This document shows positions 55,457 to 64,000 of a DNA stretch of 64,000 nt, in pieces. Every line of letters begins with the position of its first letter. Position 1 is the stretch's first letter. This DNA comes from Candidatus Marinacidobacterales bacterium. Lineage in GTDB: Bacteria > Acidobacteriota > Vicinamibacteria > Marinacidobacterales > DATDRI01. Position numbers and translations under genes: made by a program. The notes beneath the pieces were generated by a model, which was not told the origin of the DNA, did not search any database, and worked only from the letters and a program-made list of their open reading frames with translations. The stretch is taken from positions 5,568,001 to 5,632,000 of the forward strand of contig CBDCNP010000002.1 in the NCBI GenBank assembly GCA_965219415.1. The letters are read 5' to 3'.

Positions 55457-55874
55457 TCTAGATTTCCACCGCCAAAACGGACGAAATCCTTTCCGGTGCC
55501 AGCGGACGAGCGTGTCGGGCTTCACGACGACTAGGGCATTCTTCCAGTCGAACAGCCGAGCCAGCGCCGCCATCGTGAACCGCGTAACCCGTTGTCGGTG
55601 TGGCGCGGCGTCTGCTCACGCTCGACGAAAAAGGCGAGCTGCTTACGGAGAAAGAGATTCTCGGCGGCGAGGGCACTCTGCGAACGGACAAGATTCCGAG
55701 CCAACGCGAGGGCGTTGACGAAAGCGGGCACAACATTCGAGAGCAGACGCAAGAGCGAACCTTTCCACGTTCACAATGACGTCGGATCACCTCATCCGTT
55801 CGCCGCGAAACGGCCAATCCTGGCAGGTCTAAACTACGGAATCAACGACGGATCGAGTTTTTGCGGAGCACAAG
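55457..55874 (-). mobile_element. type E left end and 5' transposase
   Basis: LAAENLFLRKQL...VKPDTLVRWHRKGF. Confidence 0.8.
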
Positions 55875-55980
55875 TAGACGGCTGTGATAATGGAGGCGGC
55901 GACGGCGACCACAGCTTTCTTGGGGCCGCGATGAGACTTAAGCCGGAAAGAACTGGGCATGCAGATAGCTGTCGCGCTTG

Positions 55981-56213
55981 CGGCTTGCCGCGTAACCCAC
56001 TCGTGTGCTATAGTTCGGGCCTAATTTTGAGAGACGCAGTTCTTTCGGCGATGACGGCTGGGCTGACCACGCGGTGCCTGACGTTCAGGGACATCTTAGT
56101 GTGCACGCCGACGTCATTCCTATTAGACGCAATGGTATTCGTCGACACACGCAGACTAACTGACATTAGCATTCAAATGCCTCTGGCGGCGTACCAATAG
56201 CGGCAGAAGCACC
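55981..56213 (+). mobile_element. degenerate IS1-derived MITE
   Basis: homolog of 51555-51772. Confidence 0.75.
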
Positions 56214-56306
56214 CCTCTCGGGTGACGAAACACGTTGGGCCTCGGCCCGCGGAATGCTTCGCCGTCCCACGGTCGTTTTCGACCGGTTGAATCTAGCGCC
56301 AAAGTG

Positions 56307-57053
56307 ATGACCGTCGCAGATATCCAAAAAGCTCACTTCGACACCATCCAGCGTCGCTATGAAGCTCACTACGATGACACCTGTAGCCGGCGCTACCGGG
56401 ACCGGTTCTTTCACGAGCGGATGTTTCGTGGGGTCGAACTCGCCGGCAAGACCGTTCTCGAAGCGATGTGCGGGAGTGGACAGACTACGTCCTTTCTCCT
56501 TTCGAAGGGCGCAACCGTCACCGGGCTCGATGTCTCGGAAGAGAGCATCGCGTCCTTCCGCGCGCGTTGGCCCTCGTGCCGGGCGATTCGTGCGTCTGTG
56601 CTCGAATCAAATCTCGAGAGTGGAGCGTTCGATCTGATCGTCGTCGTCGGAGGCTTGCACCATCTTCATCCGCACATTTCGGCGGCGATCGTCGAGTTCC
56701 ACCGTCTCCTCAAGCCGGCCGGTTTTTTCTGCTTCGTCGAACCGCACCGGGGCTCTTTTCCCGATTGGGTACGCCGACGATGGTACCGGCGAGACGATCT
56801 CTTTGCGAAGAATGAAAATTCTGTCGATCTGGACTCGATGAAACGAGAATTCGCCGACTGCTTCGACTTCTTGCTCGAAGACTACCTCGGAAACGTGGCC
56901 TACTTGCTGGTGTTGAACTCAATGGTGTTTCGCGTTCCCTTGAAGCTCAAGCCGCTGTACACTCCCCCATTGATGGTCGTGGAGTCGGCTCTGGTGCCCC
57001 TTCAGACGAGGCTCCTGTCTTGCTTTGCGGTCAGTCGATGGCACAAGCGTTGA
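56307..57053 (+). CDS. class I SAM-dependent methyltransferase
   Basis: VLEAMCGSG, GLDVS, FDLIV..GLHH and LLKPAG motifs. Confidence 0.88.
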   Translation: MTVADIQKAHFDTIQRRYEAHYDDTCSRRYRDRFFHERMFRGVELAGKTVLEAMCGSGQTTSFLLSKGATVTGLDVSEESIASFRARWPSCRAIRASVLESNLESGAFDLIVVVGGLHHLHPHISAAIVEFHRLLKPAGFFCFVEPHRGSFPDWVRRRWYRRDDLFAKNENSVDLDSMKREFADCFDFLLEDYLGNVAYLLVLNSMVFRVPLKLKPLYTPPLMVVESALVPLQTRLLSCFAVSRWHKR

Positions 57054-57130
57054 GGAAGACGTCGCGATCCCAATAGCATGTCGACGACGGGTTGAAGCGT
57101 CGCCTCAATTGCATTTGGTGACTTCCCGCG

Positions 57131-58504
57131 GAGCTCTTGTCAATAGGTGTGTAAAAAAGTTCAGGCAGCAGCAACCTTCGACGACTCCGTTACCCTGTCT
57201 CCATCTTCAAATCGAACGCCCAGGTGAACCTCTCGCATCAGCTCCGGTGCGTTGAGCCGGCGAAAATTCTTCTCCGCAACCAGAAGCAGTTTGAAGATTG
57301 TCGCAGTGGCGGACTCGATTTTCTTGAACCTTTTGGCCGCATCCGTTCTCAATCTCAGTGCAGCGAACGGTGATTCCACGACGTTGCTCGTGCGAAGGTG
57401 TTGCACAGTGAGGCTTGGGAAAGGAATAGAAGCTGACCATCCGCTCCCAGTCCTCGTCGAGCACGTGCGCGGCCCCCGGAAGACCCTTGCGCAAGCACCA
57501 ATCCTGGAACTTTGGCCTTCTTCGTCTCGCACTCCTGCAGGCTGGTGGCGTAGGGGATCGCCGTCAACAGCGGCTTGGCCTGCGCCTGGTCCCTTTTCGG
57601 AATCCGGTCCAGTACGTTGAGGATTCGGTGGTTCCAGCACCGCTGCTCCTCAGCTTCTGGAAATACGTTTCGGGTCGCGGCCCAGATGCCGAGATGACCG
57701 TCACCGATCACCAAACGGGGACATCTCAGACCGCGCTTCTTCAGTCTCCGTAGCAGCGACGACCATGACGCTTCGGATTCTCGATGCCCGGCCTCCAGCG
57801 TCAGGACGATTTTCGTCCCGTCGGACAGGCCACCAACCGCAACTAGCACCGCCGCCTTGTCCTTCTCAAGGCCGGCCTTCACGTACACGCCATCTACCCA
57901 CAGGGACACGAGCTCGAGTTCGTCCAGTGGGCGAGCTAGCCACTGCTCGTACTCTCCCTGCCATTTCTGTTTCAGCCGCGACACCGTGCTGGGAGAAAGT
58001 GGAGCGTCCTCCCCTAGAAGCCCGCGGAGCGCCAAATCGAAATCTCCGTGAGCTAATCCATGCAGGTACAGCTCCGGAATCAACTCGCTCACCGTTTCGC
58101 TCCGACGCTTGAACAGCGGAAGCACTCGACTTTCGAACCTCTCCTCCACGTCCCGTACTCTCGGCCGGCGAACCGTCACCGTGCCCACGCTCATCGTCAG
58201 CTTCCGAGGCTTACCGTATCCATTTCGATAGCCCGCCGTTGTGTCCACGGGCTTCCGTCTCTCCGATTTCTCACGCCCGAGAAGCTCCGTGACTTCGGCT
58301 ACCATCAGCTCCTGCACCCAATCCTGGATCTCGAGCCTCGCCCACTTCTCCAGCGACTCCCAAGCCACCCTTGACGAGCTCCGTCGTCTTGTGGTCTTTT
58401 CCTTCATGGCGGTGTCTCCTTCCGTTGGCCCCTTCAGGCCGTGTTTCGTGACGCGGAAGGTTACTCCGCCTTTACTTTATTTCCACACCTTCTGAGGGTA
58501 GCTC
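57131..58504 (-). mobile_element. IS256-family element with 9-bp target duplication CTTCCCGCG; transposase frameshifted
   Basis: direct repeat at 57122-57130 and 58505-58513; near-identical to 40580-41951. Confidence 0.93.
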
Positions 58505-58724
58505 CTTCCCGCGAACACGTATCGACCGGAGACCGGCGGCTTGCAGGTCAAGAAGTTAGCGCAGCTCGTCGAGCACAGGGTTTCGCGGCCTGGGCTCAAC
58601 GATCGAGATCGGGACCGAAGCAGCGTCCGAGGAACGCGCCATCAACAAGAATTCACCGCGCGGCCAGCGCAGTACCAACAATGCCCAGACCGCAAACGGT
58701 GCTTGCTCGTTTCCGAACAACCTG

Positions 58725-59037
58725 CTTGAGTTCGTAATTCTCTCGACGTCGTTTCTCTAACCGTGTCGCCGGAAAGCCGCTTCTTTCCCGCCTCCAAGAA
58801 ATCTTTGCTCCACCGATAGTACAGATTCGATGCGATCCCTTCGCGGCGGCATAGTTCCTTGATGCTTTGCTCGCTGCGTAGTCCCTCCAGCACGATGCGA
58901 ATCTTCTCCGCAGATGTAAATCGGCGGCGGGTCTTGCGACGGATCTCGCGTACCGTCCGCCTCAGAGGATTGTTCCTCCCTTATTCATCGGACACTCTCT
59001 CCTGGAATTTCAATCCCTCATAGTGTCCATTAGCTCA
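58725..59037 (-). mobile_element. IS3-family left end and orfA remnant
   Basis: EKIRIVLEGLRSEQSIKELCRREGIASNLYYRWSKDFLEAG; end TGAGCTAATGGACACT. Confidence 0.75.
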
Positions 59038-59096
59038 TCCCCCTCCGTAGCGAAGATTCGATTTCCAGCCGCAGTTCTGGGTTAGAATAGTGCCCC

Positions 59097-60266
59097 GTGG
59101 CCGACGAACAGCAGCGGAAGCCAGAGCTTTCTATTGTAATGCCCTGCCTCAACGAAGCAGAAACGCTTGCGAGTTGCATCGAAAAGGCGTCGCGTTCCCT
59201 TCGTGACAACGGCATCGACGGCGAGATCATCATCGCCGACAACGGCAGTTCCGACGGGTCGGTTGAGATTGCCCAACGCCTCGGGGCACGCGTCGTTTAC
59301 GCTGAGACTCGGGGTTACGGAAGCGCCCTGCTGAGCGGTATCCGAGCTGCATCCGGTACCTTCATCATCACGAGTGATACAGACGGCAGCCATGACCTCA
59401 CGCGTCTCATGCCGTTCGTCGACAAACTCCGCGACGGCTACGACCTGGTGGTCGGCAACCGATTCAAAGGCGGCATCGAGCCCGGTGCGATGCCGTTTCT
59501 TCACCGCTATCTCGGGAATCCGGTGCTGACGACGATCGGCCGTATGCTGTTCCCGAATCCATGTCGCGACTTCCACTGCGGCCTTCGGGGTTTCCAAAAA
59601 GACGCTGTTCTCAGGATGGATCTCCAGACGACCGGAATGGAGTTTGCTTCGGAAATGATCGTCAAAGCAACCCTTCTCGACATGCGCGTCACCGAGGTCC
59701 CAACAACGATGTCGCCGGATGGCCGCAGCCGGCCTCCGCATCTCCGCACCTGGAGCGACGGCTGGCGTCACTTGAGGTTTCTCCTCCTATACAGCCCTCG
59801 GTGGCTGTTCCTCTACCCTGGCCTCGCGCTCGCGGCGCTAGGCCTAGGGCTCGGGGCTTGGGTCTTGCTAGGACCCCAAACCATCGGCACGGTGACATTC
59901 GACGTCTACACCTTGCTCTATGCAGTGGCGGCAATCTCCATCGGCTATCAGTCCATCGCCTTTGGTTTCTTCACTAAGATTTTCGCCATCCAGGAAGGAC
60001 TGATGCCGAAGGACCCGCGCCTCGATCGGGTCTTCCGCTACGTCACCCTCGAAGTCGGTCTGAGTGTCGGCGCGACGCTAGTGTTGGTGGGTCTGGCAGG
60101 AGTGGCGTGGGCTCTGAGTGATTTGGGAGCGCGCTCGTTCGGCGTTCTGCAATCCACCCCCACGCTCAGAGTTATCATCTCGGCCTCGCTCGCGCTCACG
60201 TTGGGCTTTCAGATCGTGCTCAGCAGCTTTTTCCTGAGCGTCCTTGGGCTCCGCCGCCACCTCTGA
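59097..60266 (+). CDS. GT2 glycosyltransferase (polyprenol-phosphate type) with C-terminal TM helices
   Basis: SIVMPCLNEA, IADNGSSDGS, DTDGSH and DFHCGLRGF motifs. Confidence 0.9.
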   Translation: MADEQQRKPELSIVMPCLNEAETLASCIEKASRSLRDNGIDGEIIIADNGSSDGSVEIAQRLGARVVYAETRGYGSALLSGIRAASGTFIITSDTDGSHDLTRLMPFVDKLRDGYDLVVGNRFKGGIEPGAMPFLHRYLGNPVLTTIGRMLFPNPCRDFHCGLRGFQKDAVLRMDLQTTGMEFASEMIVKATLLDMRVTEVPTTMSPDGRSRPPHLRTWSDGWRHLRFLLLYSPRWLFLYPGLALAALGLGLGAWVLLGPQTIGTVTFDVYTLLYAVAAISIGYQSIAFGFFTKIFAIQEGLMPKDPRLDRVFRYVTLEVGLSVGATLVLVGLAGVAWALSDLGARSFGVLQSTPTLRVIISASLALTLGFQIVLSSFFLSVLGLRRHL

Positions 60267-60317
60267 TCGGATCCCAAAGTGCTAGAGTTTCCAACGAGTC
60301 CATGAAACGACTTTGGG

Positions 60318-60733
60318 TTGTGCTCCGCAAAAAGTCGATCCAGCGTTGATTGCGCCGTTTAGACCTGCTACGATCGGCTACTTCGCGACGAACGACCCGA
60401 CGCCGCCACCGGCGTCTAATAAACGTGGAGGAGCTCTCTCTTGCGACTGTTCTCGAATATCCGGCCTATTGTCCTGAACGCCGTCGCGTTCGCTCGCAAC
60501 CTGTGCCGCTCGCGCAGCGCCCTCGCCGCAGCAACCCGTGGCACCATATCGAGGCCATCGAGTTTGCGACGCTCGAATGGGTGGATTGGTTCAACAACTG
60601 GCAGGTCCTCACGTCGATCGGCGACGTGCCGCCGACGGAGTACGAACAACAGTACTATCTGACGCAGGAGGCTCCATTCACGGTGGCCTCAGTCAACTAA
60701 TGAGCTCTCCTCTCAAGAACCCGGGGGAGCCAC
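60318..60733 (+). mobile_element. type E left end (60318-60533) fused to IS3 right end (60534-60733)
   Basis: EFATLEWVDWFNN...IGDVPPTEYE; end AAGAACCCGGGGAGCCAC. Confidence 0.75.
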
Positions 60734-61602
60734 TAAGCGAGAGAAGCGCTTGTGTGCTCTGTGGAGGCGCCCCCGAGCAGCACTCGGTCGTCTACCGCAA
60801 GTGGGGATATCCGATCTTGAAATGCCGAGCCTGTGGTCTTGGCTCCACTTTGGTCAGTAGCGACTTTGAGCCCTTCTATCAGTACAATCGGGACTACTTT
60901 CACGGCTCCAGCGGGTATGCAGACGGCTCCGGCGGGTATGCAGACTACTCCGGCAGCGAACGGGTACTTCGGGCGGAGTTTCGGCGCTCCCTTTCCGCGC
61001 TGCGCCGACATGGGTGTGAAGCGGGTCGTCTTCTGGAGATTGGCTGTGCGTACGGCTTTTTTCTCTCCGAAGCCCAGGGCTATTTCGACTGTCACGGGAT
61101 CGAAATCGCCAAGGACGCAGTCGACTTTTGCCGGTCAAGGGGCCTCGAAGTCCATCGAGGCACGCCAGAGAAAGAACTGCTGGATCGCCTCGGCCGCTTC
61201 GACGCAGTTGTTCTCATGGACGTAATCGAACATCTTCCCGCCCCTCTAGATACTCTCAGGTTTGCTACACGCCACTTGAGGCAGGGTGGTGCGGTGATGA
61301 TATCGACAGGAGATTGGGATTCTTACCTTTCACGTTTGATGGGACGGCACTGGCGACTCATGACTCCACCCGAGCACCTGTTTTTCTTCTCGCTCAATAC
61401 CCTCGCGAGAATGCTTACAAAGGTGGGCTTGCGCATCGTGCACACGGTCCATCCCTGGAAGTGGGTACCATTGGGATTGATAGCCCATCAATTAGGCCAG
61501 CGTGTCGGGGCGAGAGTGAGGCTCCTAGAAAAACCTCAAGGGCTCGCTGTTCCCATCAATCTATTTGATGCTGTCCGTGTCATAGCAGTGAAGGAGCGGT
61601 AA
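60700..61602 (+). CDS. class I SAM methyltransferase with N-terminal zinc motif
   Basis: CVLC..CRACG; LLEIGCAYG; DVIEHL; PPEHLFFF; first codons lie in IS3 sequence. Confidence 0.8.
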   Translation: MSSPLKNPGEPLSERSACVLCGGAPEQHSVVYRKWGYPILKCRACGLGSTLVSSDFEPFYQYNRDYFHGSSGYADGSGGYADYSGSERVLRAEFRRSLSALRRHGCEAGRLLEIGCAYGFFLSEAQGYFDCHGIEIAKDAVDFCRSRGLEVHRGTPEKELLDRLGRFDAVVLMDVIEHLPAPLDTLRFATRHLRQGGAVMISTGDWDSYLSRLMGRHWRLMTPPEHLFFFSLNTLARMLTKVGLRIVHTVHPWKWVPLGLIAHQLGQRVGARVRLLEKPQGLAVPINLFDAVRVIAVKER

Positions 61603-61649
61603 ACGGAAGTCGCATGAGCCAAGAGACGACACCAGCAGGCGATGTCGTC

Positions 61650-61745
61650 GGATGAGAACGCTTGAAATCGGCTCGTATCGCACGGCTTGGTATCTCTGCC
61701 ACCGCATCCGAGAGGCAATGGGTAACGACAAGCTGGACGGGCCTA
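61650..61745 (+). pseudogene. IS1595-family transposase fragment
   Basis: IGSYRTAWYLCHRIREAM. Confidence 0.65.
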
Positions 61746-61939
61746 CCCTGTTCGTTGAACACGACCCCGTTCCAAAGATCGGTTATCGCTCGGACGCTGA
61801 CGACTGGCCTAAAATGCCTGATTGTTGGGGAAAATCGACGATATTCGGCCCTCAATGTTAATCTTTGTGCCTCAAATAGCCGGAGGAGGATGTTAGGAGG
61901 AAGGGCAGGAAAATCAAGGCAGGAACTGCAGGAACACAG

Positions 61940-62105
61940 GGTGCTTGCGCTGTTTACTGTTGGTGATATGCACGCATCCCTTTGCAGAAGAGGCGCTTAC
62001 GCTCCATTTAGCGCGCAGCGAAGGTCACGAGCGTTATTTTGGCTGTAATTAAATGCACCGTAACGTCTTAGCATCATCTCACCAACACTTAATGGCGGAA
62101 GCACC
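61940..62105 (+). repeat. ~165-bp IS1-type MITE
   Basis: same family as 17204-17369. Confidence 0.9.
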
Positions 62106-62150
62106 GGTTTATGGCGTGAAGGTTCACCGTAGTGTATTCTGCCTGGCGCA

Positions 62151-63539
62151 ATGTGGTTTACTTCCGGCACACTCCGCCCGGGGTACGACTGCTATGTAAT
62201 CGGCTCTGGCCCGGCGGGCATCACGCTCGCCCTAGAGCTGGCCAAGGCAAATAAGAAGGTACTGCTCTTTGAGTCCGGCACTGCAATCGATGCGCGGGCC
62301 GACATGCCAAACGCCATCAACCAAGGACACCTCCCGGACGGCTGGTGGGATGAACACTCTATACGCACACTCGGTGGCACCTCAAAGGTCTGGTCAGGCT
62401 GGTGTGTTACGCTGATGGAACGGGATTTCGATAACCCGGCCGTCGGCGTTCGCTGGCCGATTACTCGCCCCGAGTTGGTGCCGTACTATCGGCGCGCAGC
62501 TCGAGTCCTGGACCGAGACACCTCTATCGTCGATGTCGAGACACGCCTGATGCCGGGGTTCGTCTACCGACCGTTCTCAAGAGGTGCTCCTACCCGCTTC
62601 GGACTCAAGTATTTCGATGTACTGGAGAAATCCTCGACGATTCACGTTGCGCTCGGATCCTCGGTGGTTGGCCTCGACGCCGATACGTCTCGCTCCGCGG
62701 TTCGGACGCTGACGTATTTTCATCATTCTTCAAGCACCACGCACCAGCTTGCCATCGATCCCGCACAGCCGGTCGTCCTCGCGGGCGGCGGCATCAGCAA
62801 CGCGCAACTGCTACTTCAGCCTCGCTCGGACGGTGCGGTCCCGGTCGGCAACGAGAGCGACCAGGCAGGGAAGTTCCTGATGGAGCATCCGCATTTCAGG
62901 CGTGTGGCCGAACTCGTGCTTGACGAAGACCTAAACCTGCAACCTAGGCCCGCTGCCTTTGGGGGAGCCACCCATGCGATGGTGCCGGACGATGCCCTGA
63001 CGATGCAGCACGGGCTATTCGGGTGCAGTGTGGACTGTCAGGACCAAACCACCGATCATCCAATGGTCGAGTATCTGTCCAGGGAGCATGGGAAGCCCTT
63101 CTATCACTACATCAGCACTGTACGCTCCGAAATGTTGCCCTCTGCCAGTAACCATGTGTTCCTAACCGGGGAACGCGACGCCGCAGGGTTCTACCGGCCC
63201 AGCGTCCGATGTGTCTTCAACGCCGGGGACTTCCTCAACGCGGAGACGACGTTGCGGCTCCTCGGAGAATCGCTGATAGAGTCGAAGAAGGGCCGGGTAC
63301 GTATTCACAATAGTGTCCTATACCGGTGGGCGGACGGTGGCGGGCACATCATGGGAACGACCAGAATGGGCACGAGTCGGTTGGATTCGGTGGTCGATCG
63401 AGACTGCCGGGTGCACGGCTACCGCAACCTGTTCGTGGCTGGCTCGTCCGTGTTTCCCACCGGCGGGTACGCGAACCCAACGCTGACGATTGTCGCGTTG
63501 TCGCTGCGACTGGCTGACACTCTCGCGACGTCACGGTGA
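62151..63539 (+). CDS. GMC family flavin oxidoreductase
   Basis: VIGSGPAG, LGGTS..W, GKFLMEH, HIMGTTRMG and NPTLTI motifs. Confidence 0.9.
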   Translation: MWFTSGTLRPGYDCYVIGSGPAGITLALELAKANKKVLLFESGTAIDARADMPNAINQGHLPDGWWDEHSIRTLGGTSKVWSGWCVTLMERDFDNPAVGVRWPITRPELVPYYRRAARVLDRDTSIVDVETRLMPGFVYRPFSRGAPTRFGLKYFDVLEKSSTIHVALGSSVVGLDADTSRSAVRTLTYFHHSSSTTHQLAIDPAQPVVLAGGGISNAQLLLQPRSDGAVPVGNESDQAGKFLMEHPHFRRVAELVLDEDLNLQPRPAAFGGATHAMVPDDALTMQHGLFGCSVDCQDQTTDHPMVEYLSREHGKPFYHYISTVRSEMLPSASNHVFLTGERDAAGFYRPSVRCVFNAGDFLNAETTLRLLGESLIESKKGRVRIHNSVLYRWADGGGHIMGTTRMGTSRLDSVVDRDCRVHGYRNLFVAGSSVFPTGGYANPTLTIVALSLRLADTLATSR

Positions 63540-64000
63540 TGGTGCCCGACATGACACGCCGCATCTCACGACGGACATTCGTGATGGGGTTCGGCGGCGG
63601 TGCGGCTTCCGCAGCGCTCGTTTGGGGACTCTGGGATTCTAGGCGTTGGCCGCGAACGCCCGGCGAAGAACATCCGGTCATCGCGGGGTGTTGTGCCTAC
63701 GCCGAGTACGATGGTTGGCTGGTCACGACCGAGGACAAAAGACGCCTTCCATTTTCACTGGCCTACACTAGCGGCTGGTACCCGGAGGAAACAGATGCGG
63801 AATCGGCGTGGCGATGGACCCATAAGACGGCAACGCTGTCATTTCTGAACCCGAAAGCGGACGCAACGTTCAGCCTCGACTACGCCGCACGGGCGAATCA
63901 GGCGGTCACGGTCAGCGTCGGCGGTCAACTGCTGCAGCAAGTAGTCGCCGAGGCATCCGGTCGCCGCCGCCGCCGCCGTATTCCTATCCCCGCAGCGGCG
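63539..64000 (+). CDS. hypothetical exported/membrane protein, runs off the window
   Basis: TGATG overlap with the GMC stop; open for 154 codons; SRRTFVMG Tat-like signal; GWYPEE..WRWT motif. Confidence 0.65.
   Translation, partial: MVPDMTRRISRRTFVMGFGGGAASAALVWGLWDSRRWPRTPGEEHPVIAGCCAYAEYDGWLVTTEDKRRLPFSLAYTSGWYPEETDAESAWRWTHKTATLSFLNPKADATFSLDYAARANQAVTVSVGGQLLQQVVAEASGRRRRRRIPIPAAA

Noticed and set aside
1-64000. CRISPR array or cas genes suggested by the many short repeats
   Set aside because: Repeats are irregularly spaced, occur in both orientations and are explained as IS termini; no cas motifs were seen

Overview
GC-rich bacterial accessory region. An Oar-type TonB-dependent receptor and an FN3 remnant suggest an Acidobacteria-like, possibly host-associated organism (inference). 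About half of the window is insertion-sequence material: IS1-family (3 near-complete copies, fragments and two MITE families), IS256 (2 copies plus ends), IS21, IS3, ISL3, IS110, two IS1111-type copies, and many orphan ends of four related rve/IS481-like elements. About 20 unrelated cargo genes or modules lie between these remnants, often bounded within a few to tens of bases by an IS terminus. The most striking feature is an IS1111-type recombinase element inserted twice at the same TG inside the right terminal inverted repeat (TIR) of the IS1-family element. Its downstream non-coding region folds into two internal loops whose strands match the target TIR and the element's own circle junction, i.e. 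a readable bridge/seekRNA aimed at another transposon's end. Five empty perfect targets remain in the window. Other notable modules are an MMPL/LolA-like/outer-membrane/MpaB-Lcp-type oxygenase/ispH cluster with a 340-bp chimeric inverted repeat, a decayed DUF4062-NACHT gene behind a MerR-like regulator, and an IS1-flanked TBDT-NCS1-amidohydrolase unit. No rRNA, tRNA or CRISPR array was seen. All family calls come from motif recognition by eye, not database searches.
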